A stretch of 63,647 nucleotides of DNA, filler included, from Guillardia theta CCMP2712 (taxonomy: Eukaryota; Protista; Cryptophyta), in the NCBI RefSeq assembly GCF_000315625.1. It is 5 parts of 5 records of this genome, joined end to end, with 100 filler letters (N's around TTAATTAATTAA, not from the genome) between each part and the next. Parts side by side here need not be neighbours in the genome. Positions count along the whole stretch, not along the records: positions 28,326 to 38,898 come from NW_005434280.1; positions 38,999 to 57,212 come from NW_005434340.1; 3 more parts are not named here. One strand, given 5' to 3'. The notes under the pieces are model-generated. The model saw nothing but the letters and a program-made list of their open reading frames with translations. It did not search any database and was not told the DNA's origin. Positions 36,007 to 49,992 of this stretch are shown one piece after another. The position numbers were made by a program, and so were the translations under genes. How positions within the stretch are numbered: the first letter of the stretch is position 1; each line of letters begins with the position of its first letter.

Positions 36007-38460
36007 TCACCATTCTAGGACTCTCGGCTCTACTCGTTGGCTCATCCTCGAGAGCATGTAGTCTCGATGAGCGTCCAGAAAGGTCCTGGTGCAGACAGCC
36101 TGGCTGATGTCTTGCGCCTGCTGCTCCTTGGCATCTGAGAGCCGCTCGGAGCATGACAGGAGCCAGGGAGGCACGTCCATGCCCATGAGGACGCAAGCTT
36201 GCTTCTGCATCTCCAGGCGAGCAAGATCCACGTCGATGACGTGGCACTGACAGTCGATCATGCGGCGCTGACGCTCGACGTAGTCAGCCGGGGCTTCACG
36301 TGTCTCCCTCCTCATCTTCTCCTGCGCGTCCAAGAGGCTGCGCTTGGCGGCCCGGTACTTGAGGTACTGCTTGGAGGGGTCCGAGCAGACTCGGAGGGCT
36401 GCGTCCTTGCTGATGGGGCTGCGACTGCTGTCGCGGACTTGACGGAGCACAAAGGAGCAGGCGATCCTCTCTTGCTCAACCTCCCGCTGCATATCCTGCA
36501 GTCTCCTCATCTCCGCTCTGCGTCTGACCTCGCGGGGGTCGAAGTATCTGAGCATGAAGGGCTCGCGCCGCTCCAGCATTGCGGAGATCCGCTGCGAGTC
36601 CGCTCTCTTCCTGTCCTCGTCGACAGGCTGGCCGGGAGCCAAGTGCCTGTGCGCGTACTCGACTAGGCTGCTCTCGATAGGCGACTCGACTCCGCGGTAC
36701 TTGTCGATGACGTCCTTGATGGCAGGCTGTAGCTCCTCAGAGAACGACAGCAGGTCTGGCTTCCCCTGACAGCTGCTGTGGAAGTGGTCGATCGTTGGTT
36801 TGAGGCACCTCCAGCAGAACTCGTGCCGGCACTTCCTGCACGTCATGTGGTCGCATCCTCCCGTCTTGACGATGCGATACCCGCACTTGGTACAGGGCTT
36901 GGAGGTCCTTGCGATCTCCTCCTGGTCACTGGGAGCCTCTGCTCGGGCCTCCTCGCGCTCTTCGCCGCTGGCGATCCTGCTAATCCTCGCCTTCAGGGAG
37001 GTGAGAAAAGCTTTATCGCACATGCTGTGGATGTCTTGAAGGCTCAGCGACGTCGTCGCCTCCGGCGGAGCATGGTGCTGCGGGTCCTCTACCGCCGGGT
37101 TGCGGATCATGCCCTCGAGCGTCTGTCGCGTGCTGTCGAACAGCTCACGCTTCTGCTCGACGATCCGCAGACGCGCATCGAGCAGTTCGACGGCGACCTT
37201 GTCGGCAGGACGAGCATGGAGCTGCCGGGAAATGGCGGAGATCTCTAGCTCCTCCCTCCTCTTGATGTTGCTGAGCCGGTCTCGCATGCCTTGCATAGTC
37301 TGCTGCAGCTCCTCGTCCACGTAGTCGCCTTCCTCCTCAAATCTCCTCATCCTCCAGCGCACGTGTTCATGGAGCTCAAGGCGTTCCTCGTCCTCCAGTC
37401 GGTCTTCCCCCCTGTACAGATCCATCCAAAGTAGTCGTGCTCGCAGCCGGGGGTCTTGCTGGGCTTCAGTGTCTCTGTCTGCCTGCTCGGTCCCTTGCGC
37501 CTCGACCTCCTGCGTCCTCGTGTCTGCTGCCGCCACATGCGTTTGACTGCCGTCAACTGTGGGCGGGCGAGGGTCGCGGGCGGCGGGCGGCGGACGAGGG
37601 TACCGTCTGAGCGCTGCGGGAGGGTCGCGCAGTCTCATTCGTCTCAGCTCATCACCCGTCGCATCGTACACCTGATCGAGAGCTCGCAACCCCTCCTCAG
37701 TCAGGACTCGCTGCTCGCAGTCGACGAGAATGTGGGAGGGAACCAAGCTTCCGGACGCCATCGAGCAAGCAGCGCAGTAGGTGGCCATGCAGCTGTCGCA
37801 CTTGACCGTAGCCTCGCTCGCCGCATGTCCAATCAACACCAGCCTCGAGACGGCCTGGCAGCAAGGGGACAAGCAGGGCAGGTGACCCAACTTCCAAGCG
37901 TCGTACTTGCTCTTCTTGCTATCGTGAGCCTTGAGCAGACGCTGCGCTTGCTCATCGTCAGCGTAGATGAGGAGCAGAGCTTGGATGTTGTAGCCGACTA
38001 TGGTGCTGCATCCGGCATGAGGGCAGGTAGGGGGCACCAGGGACTCTTGCTCGTCATGGAGGACGTGCTCAAGCAGCCTCTTGAAGCAAGAGGCATGGAA
38101 CATGTGACGGCAGGTCAAGCTCACCTTGTTGCTCATGTCAAAGTCTGTCTCCTGGCAGATCACGCAGAAGTACTCGCGGCCTGACTCCTCCTCCTCGTCC
38201 TCGTCGTCGTCGTCGATATGCTGCTGAGAGGAGCATGTGTTGCAGTCCACAAAGCGCTGGCTGAGGAGGTCTGTCATCTTACCAGAGTCTCCGCACGTCT
38301 GATCCCATATGCTGCGAGCGCGCGTCAGTGAGCTTCTCATACCAGCACATGCAAGGATCAGGTACCTCGCAGCATCCTCGCTGCAGACCTCCTGCAGGAA
38401 CTCGTACTTCCGTTTCATTGGCATCACAGCCAGAGTTTCGGAGCTGCTCGGAGCAGACAT
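36007..38460 (-). CDS. RBR E3 ubiquitin ligase, intronless, copy 3
   Basis: Same domains as copy 1; open frame. Confidence 0.9.
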   Translation of the reverse strand: MSAPSSSETLAVMPMKRKYEFLQEVCSEDAARYLILACAGMRSSLTRARSIWDQTCGDSGKMTDLLSQRFVDCNTCSSQQHIDDDDEDEEEESGREYFCVICQETDFDMSNKVSLTCRHMFHASCFKRLLEHVLHDEQESLVPPTCPHAGCSTIVGYNIQALLLIYADDEQAQRLLKAHDSKKSKYDAWKLGHLPCLSPCCQAVSRLVLIGHAASEATVKCDSCMATYCAACSMASGSLVPSHILVDCEQRVLTEEGLRALDQVYDATGDELRRMRLRDPPAALRRYPRPPPAARDPRPPTVDGSQTHVAAADTRTQEVEAQGTEQADRDTEAQQDPRLRARLLWMDLYRGEDRLEDEERLELHEHVRWRMRRFEEEGDYVDEELQQTMQGMRDRLSNIKRREELEISAISRQLHARPADKVAVELLDARLRIVEQKRELFDSTRQTLEGMIRNPAVEDPQHHAPPEATTSLSLQDIHSMCDKAFLTSLKARISRIASGEEREEARAEAPSDQEEIARTSKPCTKCGYRIVKTGGCDHMTCRKCRHEFCWRCLKPTIDHFHSSCQGKPDLLSFSEELQPAIKDVIDKYRGVESPIESSLVEYAHRHLAPGQPVDEDRKRADSQRISAMLERREPFMLRYFDPREVRRRAEMRRLQDMQREVEQERIACSFVLRQVRDSSRSPISKDAALRVCSDPSKQYLKYRAAKRSLLDAQEKMRRETREAPADYVERQRRMIDCQCHVIDVDLARLEMQKQACVLMGMDVPPWLLSCSERLSDAKEQQAQDISQAVCTRTFLDAHRDYMLSRMSQRVEPRVLEW

Positions 38461-39499
38461 GGAGGAGGAAGAGTCTTTCTGATCGCAAATGCAAGTAGGA
38501 GAGCTATGAAGATCTTGATTGAAGAAGAGCCGAAGATAGGGAAGGGAGGGAGATGTAGAGGGAGGGAGCTCGAGCAGGGGGTTTGCTTGGAGCGGGAAGC
38601 AGGTTGGGGGATATACCAAGGAAGGAGGGAATCTGTAGGTAAGAAATGGTGGGTCTAGAGGGGTGGGGAGAGAGATATGTAGGGGTGGGGGGTATGAAGA
38701 GACGGGAGGTAGGTAGTTGATTGAGGCAAGGTAAGGAGGTAGGGTGTTTTTGCACTCAGCGCAAGGAGATAGATCAACCAGTATAGGCAAGAGAATAAGG
38801 AGAACTAAGCAGCGATCCTGGGGACAAGTAGGGGGTAGGGGGTAGTACCAGGAAGATCCAAGAAACTAGTTCCGACGGAGCTTTTCATTTAAAGAATTNN
38901 NNNNNNNNNNNNNNNNNNNNNNNNNNNNNNNNNNNNNNNNNNTTAATTAATTAANNNNNNNNNNNNNNNNNNNNNNNNNNNNNNNNNNNNNNNNNNNNCC
39001 TGGATCAGAGAAGAGATTTGGATGTTTTGTTGAGAGCAACATGTAACGTCGAATTCTTTGCTTAATTTATACTCGACATCTTCATGTTTGATATTTTTCC
39101 AATGACGATCGGATTGCGGCTACCACATAGCCCGGCATCACGCGAAGCTACTGAGGACAGCATGACGCTCAGTAGACACTGAAGTTGAGCATTACGACAA
39201 AAGGTAGAAGGGGAGGGCTGTAGGCTCGGCGTTGCCTGGTAGTTCAAGTTGAATAANNNNNNNNNNNNNNNNNNNNNNNNNNNNNNNNNNNNNNNNNNNN
39301 NNNNNNNNNNNNNNNNNNNNNNNNNNNNNNNNNNNNNNNNNNNNNNNNNNNNNNNNNNNNNNNNNNNNNNNNNNNNNNNNNNNNNNNNNNNNNNNNNNNN
39401 NNNNNNNNNNNNNNNNNNNNNNNNNNNNNNNNNNNNNNNNNNNNNNNNNNNNNNNNNNNNNNNNNNNNNNNNNNNNNNNNNNNNNNNNNNNNNNNNNNN

Positions 39500-40272
39500 C
39501 AAGGCCGAGCAAGAGGAGGAGAGAGGAGGAGGAAACGGCAAGAGAAGAGGGAGGAAGAGGAAAGACAGGGGAGAGAGGGATACGAAGAAAGCTATGCGAG
39601 CACGGGCGGTCACGATCACGGATCGTCATGCAAGGGATGCGGGGGCAGCGGCATATGCGAGCACGGGTGGCAGCGATCGACATGCATGGGATGCGGGGGA
39701 GGGAGCATATGCGAGCACGGGCGGGTACGATCGGTATGCAAGGGATGCGGGGGCAGCGCCATATGCGAGCACGGGCGACGGCGATCGGTATGCAAGGAGT
39801 GCGGGGGCAGCGGCATATGCGAGCACGGGCGGCAGCGATCGAAATGCAAGGGATGCGGGGGGGCAGGGGCATATGCGAGCACGGGCGGCGGCAATCGGTA
39901 TGCAAGGACTGCGGGGGCAGGAGCATATGCGAGCACGGGCGGGAGCGATCGGTATGCAAGGACTGCGGGGGGGGGAGCATATGCGAGCACGGACGGGTAC
40001 GATCGGTATGCAAGGGATGCGGGGGCAGCGCCATATGCGAGCACGGACGGGAGCGATCGGTATGCAAGGGATGCGGGGGAGGGAGCATATGCGAGCACGG
40101 GCGGCTACGATCGGTATGCAAGGACTGCGGGGGAGGGAGCATATGCGAGCACGGGCGGGTACGATCGGTATGCAAGGGCTGCGGGGGAGGGAGCATATGC
40201 GAGCACGGGCGGGTACGATCGTCATGCAAGGGATGCGGGGGGGCGGGGGGGGGAGGGGGGCGCATGCGATGA
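39500..40272 (+). pseudogene. CEHG Cys/His-repeat protein, unit 1 (12 repeats, two frameshifts; 5' end in gap)
   Basis: 54-bp coding repeats ICEHGRxRSxCKxCGGxx; 7-bp insertion near 39617 and G-run shift near 39860. Confidence 0.7.
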
Positions 40273-41611
40273 AGACTAGGACTTGGTGGAGTGCTTGCTC
40301 TTGTCATAACAGAAGCCTGGGATGACTGATGTGCCGTCGATCGAGGCCGGGATGTCTGTCAGGGTGATGCGCACGGCCAGGGTGCTGTCCCACGTCGAGT
40401 GCTGCGTCCACTAGAGTGAGCTGACTTGAGAGCAGCTGGGGATACGGGCAGCTGAACTAGGTGGGCTCACGGGCCTGGGCTTGTTCACCGTCACTGAGAT
40501 CACTGAGCTGACTCGGCCCGGCGGTCAGTAAGGGCCCTTAGGGCCGTTACGGCCTAGTAAGGCCGGCGGGAAACGGCCCTAAGGGCCCTAAGGCCTTTCC
40601 TTAGGGCCTTAGGGCCCTTAAGGCCCTTAGGGCCTATAGTTGAGTTCTCCAAAATATTTGGAGAAGAAAAAAAGAAATTGACTTATATTTGTACGAAACA
40701 ATCACTACTCCTCGTACTGATTTTAACTTAACTTTGAGTAAAGGCTCACTCTTCACCTCGATAGTATCGTCAAAGTCTTACAAGGAGAGCTACACAAGTA
40801 CAGAGAAACTCTCATCAAAATATCTAGATGGCCAAATGAGAGTCATCACAACTTCCCTGTAAACAAGTAGACTATTTTCTAGGCTCACTTGAAGCTAGAT
40901 GTATCCGACAAATATCCAACACATCATCTTGACGATACCCAACACCTTGTTCGGTCCCCCTTTCGCTGCTGTTTCCCTCTCATTCAGGCTATGGGCCCGG
41001 TATGGCAGGTGGGCCGGTACGGCAGGTGGGCCAGGTGCCATACCCTCAGTCAGCTAGATCAGACTCTGAGACCTTCCAGAGATGTGGTGGCAGTTCCGGG
41101 TATATCTGCATAGAGTGCGGTACGCGCTTGAGGCATGCTGATAGAACTTGGTGAAGGGAAAATAGTCTTGGCTCCTGGATCAGAGAAGAGATTTGGATGT
41201 TTTGTTGAGAGCAACATGTAACGTCGAATTCTTTGCTTAATTTATACTCGACATCTTCATGTTTGATATTTTTCCAATGACGATCGGATTGCGGCTACCA
41301 CATAGCCCGGCATCACGCGAAGCTACTGAGGACAGCATGACGCTCAGTAGACACTGAAGTTGAGCATTACGACAAAAGGTAGAAGGGGAGGGCTGTAGGC
41401 TCGGCGTTGCCTGGTAGTTCAAGTTGAATAACATCGGACCGGGCCCGGCCAGTCGGGCCGGGGCCTGCCCGGCGGTTGCACTACCGGTGACCATACCTCC
41501 ACTACCGTCACCCCACCCCCTATCCCGATGAACGATTCTTTCAACCGTTGTACTGTAGAGGGTACTGTTACCCCAATTCAGTGATTGGTCAAAACTCAGT
41601 GTATGAGGGCG

Positions 41612-42150
41612 ATGAGCAGAAGAGCGGGAAAAGGCGGCATGGCTGACACAAGGCCGAGCAAGAGGAGGAGAGAGGAGGAGGAAACGGCAAGAGAAGAGGG
41701 AGGAAGAGGAAAGACAGGGGAGAGAGGGATACGAAGAAAGCTATGCGAGCACGGGCGGTCACGATCACGGATCGTCATGCAAGGGATGCGGGGGCAGCGG
41801 CATATGCGAGCACGGGTGGCAGCGATCGACATGCATGGACTGCGGGGGAGGGAGCATATGCGAGCACGGGCGGGTACGATCGGTATGCAAGGACTGCGGG
41901 GGCAGAAGCATATGCGAGCACGGGCGGGAGCGATCGGTATGCAAGGGATGCGGGGGAAGGAGCATATGCGAGCACGGGCGACGGCGATCGGTATGCAAGG
42001 ACTGCGGGGGAGGGAGCATATGCGAGCACGGGCGGGTACGATCGGTATGCAAGGACTGCGGGGGCAGGAGCATATGCGAGCACGGGCGGGGTACGATCGG
42101 TATGCAAGGGATGCGGGGGGGCGGGGGGGGGAGGGGGGCGCATGCGATGA
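41612..42150 (+). pseudogene. CEHG-repeat protein, unit 2 (7 repeats, frameshifted)
   Basis: Same 7-bp insertion as unit 1 plus an extra G near 42090. Confidence 0.7.
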
Positions 42151-43471
42151 AGACTAGGACTTGGTGGACTGCTTGCTCTTGTCATAACAGAAGCCTGGGA
42201 TGACTGATGTGCCGTCGATCGAGGCCGGGATGTCTGTCAGGGTGATGCGCACGGCCAGGGTGCTGTCCCACGTCGAGCGCTGCGTCCACTAGAGTGAGCT
42301 GACTTGAGAGCAGCTGGGGATACGGGCAGCTGAACTAGGTGGGCTCACGGGCCTGGGCTTGTTCACCGTCACTGAGATCACTGAGCTGACTCGGCCCGGC
42401 GGTCAGTAAGGGCCCTTAGGGCCGTTACGGCCTAGTAAGGCCGGCGGGAAACGGCCCTAAGGGCCCTAAGGCCTTTCCTTAGGGCCTTAGGGCCCTTAGG
42501 GCCCTTAGGGCCTATAGTTGAGTTCTCCAAAATATTTGGAGAAGAAAAAAAGAAATTGACTTATATTTGTACGAAACAATCACTACTCCTCGTACTGATT
42601 TTAACTTAACTTTGAGTAAAGGCTCACTCTTCACCTCGATAGTATCGTCAAAGTCTTACAAGGAGAGCTACACAAGTACAGAGAAACTCTCATCAAAATA
42701 TCTAGATGGCCAAATGAGAGTCATCACAACTTCCCTGTAAACAAGTAGACTATTTTCTATCTCACTTGAAGCTAGATGTATCCGACAAATATCCAACACA
42801 TCATCTTGACGATACCCAACACCTTGTTCGGTCCCCCTTTCGCTGCTGTTTCCCTCTCATTCAGGCTATGGGCCCGGTATGGCAGGTGGGCCGGTATGGC
42901 AGGTGGGCCAGGTGCCATACCCTCAGTCAGCTAGATCAGACTCTGAGACCTTCCAGAGATGTTGTTGCAGTTTCGGGTATATCTGCATAGAGTGCGGTAC
43001 GCGCTTGAGGCATGCTGATAGAACTTGGTGAAGGGAAAATAGTCTTGGCTCCTGGATCAGAGAAGAGATTTGGATGTTTTGTTGAGAGCAACATGTAACG
43101 TCGAATTCTTTGCTTAATTTATACTCGACATCTTCATGTTTGATATTTTTCCAATGACGATCGGATTGCGGCTACCACATAGCCCGGCATCACGCGAAGC
43201 TACTGAGGACAGCATGACGCTCAGTAGACACTGAAGTTGAGCATTACGACAAAAGGTAGAAGGGGAGGGCTGTAGGCTCGGCGTTGCCTGGTAGTTCAAG
43301 TTGAATAACAGTAACTAACGCCGGGCCCGGGGCCTGATGCCGATCGGACCGGGCCCGGCCAGTCGGGCCGGGGCCTGCCCGGCGGTTGCACTACCGGTGA
43401 CCATACCTCCACTACCCACCCCACCCCCTATCCCGATGAACGATTCTTTCAACCGTTGTACTGTAGAGGCG

Positions 43472-44074
43472 ATGAGCAGAAGAGCGGGAAAAGGCGGCAT
43501 GGCTGACACAAGGCCGAGCAAGAGGAGGAGAGAGGAGGAGGAAACGGCAAGAGAAGAGGGAGGNNNNNNNNNNNNNNNNNNNNNNNNNNNNNNNNNNNNN
43601 NNNNNNNNNNNNNNNNNNNNNNNNNNNNNNNNNNNNNNNNNNNNNNNNNNNNNNNNNNNNNNNNNNNNNNNNNNNNNNNNNNNNNNNNNNNNNNNNNNNN
43701 NNNNNNNNNNNNNNNNNNNNNNNNNNNNNNNNNNNNNNNNNNNNNNNNNNNNNNNNNNNNNNNNNNNNNNNNNNNNNNNNNNNNNNNNNNNNNNNNNNNN
43801 NNNNNNNNNNNNNNNNNNNNNNNNNNNNNNNNNNNNNNNNNNNNNNNNNNNNNNNNNNNNNNNNNNNNNNNNNNNNGAGCACGGGCGGGTACGATCGGTA
43901 TGCAAGGACTGCGGGGGCAGGAGCATATGCGAGCACGGGCGGGTACGATCGGTATGCAAGGGATGCGGGGGGGGGGGGGGGGGGGCGGGGGGGGGAGGGG
44001 GGGACTTGGTGGACGGGGGAGTGAGCTGGAGGGAGATGCTTGCTCTTGTCATAACAGAAGCCTGGGATGACTGA
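43472..44074 (+). CDS. CEHG-repeat protein, unit 3 (mostly in gap)
   Basis: N-terminus and last two repeats visible around the N run. Confidence 0.5.
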   Translation: MSRRAGKGGMADTRPSKRRREEEETAREEGXXXXXXXXXXXXXXXXXXXXXXXXXXXXXXXXXXXXXXXXXXXXXXXXXXXXXXXXXXXXXXXXXXXXXXXXXXXXXXXXXXXXXXXXXXXXXXXXXXXXXXXXXEHGRVRSVCKDCGGRSICEHGRVRSVCKGCGGGGGGAGGGGGDLVDGGVSWREMLALVITEAWDD

Positions 44075-45363
44075 TGTGCCGTCGATCGAGGCCGGGATGT
44101 CTGTCAGGGTGATGCGCACGGCCAGGGTGCTGTCCCACGTCGAGCGCTGCGTCCACTAGAGTGAGCTGACTTGAGAGCAGCTGGGGATACGGGCAGCTGA
44201 ACTAGGTGGGCTCACGGGCCTGGGCTTGTTCACCGTCACTGAGATCACTGAGCTGACTCGGCCCGGCGGTCAGTAAGGGCCCTTAGGGCCGTTACGGCCT
44301 AGTAAGGCCGGCGGGAAACGGCCCTAAGGGCCCTAAGGCCTTTCCTTAGGGCCTTAGGGCCCTTAGGGCCCTTAGGGCTTATAGTTGAGTTCTCCAAAAT
44401 ATTTGGAGAAGAAAAAAAGAAATTGACTTATATTTGTACGAAACAATCACTACTCCTCGTACTGATTTTAACTTAACTTTGAGTAAAGGCTCACTCTTCA
44501 CCTCGACAGTATCGTCAAAGTCTTACAAGGAGAGCTACACAAGTACAGAGAAACTCTCATCAAAATATCTAGATGGCCAAATGAGAGTCATCACAACTTC
44601 CCTGTAAACAAGTAGACTATTTTCTATCTCACTTGAAGCTAGATGTATCCGACAAATATCCAACACATCATCTTGACGATACCCAACACCTTGTTCGGTC
44701 CCCCTTTCGCTGCTGTTTCCCTCTCATTCAGGCTATGGGCCCGGTATGGCAGGTGGGCCGGTATGGCAGGTGGGCCAGGTGCCATACCCTCAGTCAGCTA
44801 GATCAGACTCTGAGACCTTCCAGAGATGTTGTTGCAGTTTCGGGTATATCTGCATAGAGTGCGGTACGCGCTTGAGGCATGCTGATAGAACTTGGTGAAG
44901 GGAAAATAGTCTTGGCTCCTGGATCAGAGAAGAGATTTGGATGTTTTGTTGAGAGCAACATGTAACGTCGAATTCTTTGCTTACTTTATACTCGACATCT
45001 TCATGTTTGATATTTTTCCAATGACGATCGGATTGCGGCTACCACATAGCCCGGCATCACGCGAAGCTACTGAGGACAGCATGACGCTCAGTAGACACTG
45101 AAGTTGAGCATTACGACAAAAGGTAGAAGGGGAGGGCTGTAGGCTCGGCGTTGCCTGGTAGTTCAAGTTGAATAACAGTAACTAACGCCGGGCCCGGGGC
45201 CTGATGCCGACCGGGCCCGGCCAGTCGGGCCGGGGCCTGCCCGGCGGTTGCACTACCGGTGACCATACCTCCACTACCGATGAACGATTCTTTCAACCGT
45301 TGTACTGTAGAGGGTACTGTTACCCCAATTCAGTGATTGGTCAAAACTCAGTGTATGAGGGCG

Positions 45364-46050
45364 ATGAGCAGAAGAGCGGGAAAAGGCGGCATGGCTGACA
45401 CAAGGCCGAGCAAGAGGAGGAGAGAGGAGGAGGAGACGGCAAGAGAAGAGGGAGGAAGAGGAAAGACAGGGGAGAGAGGGATACGAAGAAAGCTATGCGA
45501 GCACGGGCGGTCACGATCGTCATGCAAGGGATGCGGGGGCAGCGGCATATGCGAGCACGGGCGGCAGCGATCGGGATGCAAGGACTGCGGGGGCAGCAGC
45601 ATATGCGAGCACGGGCGGCAGCGATCGGTATGCAAGGGATGCGGGGGCAGCAGCATATGCGAGCACGGGCGGGTCCGATCGCAATGCAAGGAGTGCGGGG
45701 GCAGCAGCATATGCGAGCACGGGCGGCGGCGATCGGTATGCAAGGAGTGCGGGGGCGGGAGCATATGCGAGCACGGGCGGGAGCGATCGGTATGCAAGGA
45801 CTGCGGGGGCAGGAGCATATGCGAGCACGGGCGGCAGCGATCGAAATGCAAGGGATGCGGGGGAGGGAGCATATGCGAGCACGGGCGGGTACGATCGGTA
45901 TGCAAGGACTGCGGGGGAGGGAGCATATGCGAGCACGGGCGGGTACGATCGGTATGCAAGGACTGCGGGGGCAGGAGCATATGCGAGCACGGGCGGCAGC
46001 GATCGGTATGCAAGGGCTGCGGGGGAGGGAGCAGGGGGCGCATGCGATGA
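45364..46050 (+). CDS. CEHG-repeat protein, unit 4, intact (10 repeats, basic NLS-like N-terminus)
   Basis: MSRRAGKGGMADTRPSKRRR...(CEHGRxRSxCKxCGGxxI)10. Confidence 0.85.
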   Translation: MSRRAGKGGMADTRPSKRRREEEETAREEGGRGKTGERGIRRKLCEHGRSRSSCKGCGGSGICEHGRQRSGCKDCGGSSICEHGRQRSVCKGCGGSSICEHGRVRSQCKECGGSSICEHGRRRSVCKECGGGSICEHGRERSVCKDCGGRSICEHGRQRSKCKGCGGGSICEHGRVRSVCKDCGGGSICEHGRVRSVCKDCGGRSICEHGRQRSVCKGCGGGSRGRMR

Positions 46051-47539
46051 AGACTAGGACTTGGTGGACTGCTTGCTCTTGTCATAACAGAAGCCTGGGA
46101 TGACTGATGTGCCGTCGATCGAGGCCGGGATGTCTGTCAGGGTGATGCGCACGGCCAGGGTGCTGTCCCACGTCGAGTGCTGCGTCCACTAGAGTGAGCT
46201 GACTTGAGAGCAGCTGGGGATACGGGCAGCTGAACTAGGTGGGCTCACGGGCCTGGGCTTGTTCACCGTCACTGAGATCACTGAGCTGACTCGGCCCGGC
46301 GGTCAGTAAGGGCCCTTAGGGCCGTTACGGCCTAGTAAGGCCGGCGCGAAACGGCCCTAAGGGCCCTAAGGCCTTTCCTTAGGGCCTTAGGGCCCTTAGG
46401 GCCCTTAGGGCCTATAGTTGAGTTCTCCAAAATATTTGGAGAAGAAAAAAAGAAATTGACTTATATTTGTACGAAACAATCACTACTCCTCGTACTGATT
46501 TTAACTTAACTTTGAGTAAAGGCTCACTCTTCACCTCGATAGTATCGTCAAAGTCTTACAAGGAGAGCTACACAAGTACAGAGAAACTCTCATCAAAATA
46601 TCTAGATGGCCAAATGAGAGTCATCACAACTTCCCTGTAAACAAGTAGACTATTTACTATCTCACTTGAAGCTAGATGTATCCGACAAATATCCAACACA
46701 TCAATCTCCGTCCTGACAAACTCTATTACCGTAATGTTCTGCTGCTGTTTCCCTCTCATTCAGGCTATGGGCCCGGTATGGCAGGTGGGCCGGTATGGCA
46801 GGTGGGCCAGGTGCCATACCCACGTGCTGGGGAGGCAGCCGGGCCGGTATGGCAGGTGGGCCAGGTGCCATACCCTCAGTCAGCTAGATCAGACTCTGAG
46901 ACCTTCCAGAGATGTTGTTGCAGTTTCGGGTATATCTGCATAGAGTGCGGTACGCGCTTGAGGCATGCTGATAGAACTTGGTGAAGGGAAAATAGTCTTG
47001 GCTCCTGGATCAGAGAAGAGATTTGGATGTTTTGTTGAGAGCAACATGTAACGTCGAATTCTTCCGATTTTTCCAATGACGACGATTGCAGCTACCACAT
47101 AGCCCGGCATCACGCGAAGCTACTGAGGACAGCATGACGCTCAGTAGACACTGAAGTTGAGCATTACGACAAAAGGTAGAAGGGGAGGGCTGTAGGCTCG
47201 GCGTTGCCTGGGAGTTTGCATAACGCCAGGCCCGGGGCCTGATGCCGACCGGGCCCCGGTCCGGCCAGTCGGGCCGGGGCCTGCCCGGCGGTTGCACTAC
47301 CGGTGACCATACCTCCACTACCCACCCCACCCCCTATCCCGATGAACGATTCTTTCAACCGTTGTACTGTAGAGGGTACTGTTACCCCAATTCAGTGATT
47401 GGTCAAAACTTGGCAAGGGGGTGATATTGAGTACAGGGGGTCATCACCCCCACCTCCCCACCTCCCCACCACCCCACCCCACCCCGTGTTATCCGTGTAG
47501 GCCCTTCCATCTTCCATTTCAAAACTTGGTATCCTACCC

Positions 47540-49823
<2,284 letters not shown>

Positions 49824-49992
49824 AGCGGGCGGATCACTCGTACCCCCCTTGGACAGGAGACGCACAGTTGAAAACTTACGGAGGATGCTGGAGCAAGATG
49901 GGAAATGAAGGCGAAGGTGACAAATTGTTCAAGGTGAATGCGAAGGTTGTTATGTTCATATATACATCATCTCTTCTGAACTCTGTTGTCAT

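Larger units (their letters stand above)
28361..38898. repeat. Tandem triplication (periods 3850 and 3511 bp) carrying the RBR gene
   Basis: Anchor CGCCGT(T/C)ACT at 28361, 32211, 35722; coding parts nearly identical. Confidence 0.95.
38999..47410. repeat. Tandem array of ~1.9-2.2 kb units (4 complete plus 1 partial), each complete unit with a CEHG-repeat gene
   Basis: Anchor CCTGGATCAGAGAAG at about 38999, 41174, 43051, 44918, 47004. Confidence 0.95.

Noticed and set aside
28839-38184. Repeated plus-strand ORFs within RBR copies
   Set aside because: Antisense shadows of GC-rich coding sequence, repeated only because of the duplication
43460-43475. About 48-bp deletion upstream of CEHG unit 3 resembling intron loss
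   Set aside because: Precise GT-AG removal would leave GAGGGGCG, but GAGGCG is seen; better explained as a microhomology deletion
39616-46103. Alternative-frame repeat ORFs (MRARA.., AYAST.., PCSHM..)
   Set aside because: Other frames of the same 54-bp repeat; only the CEHG frame has a coherent metal-ligand pattern and start context
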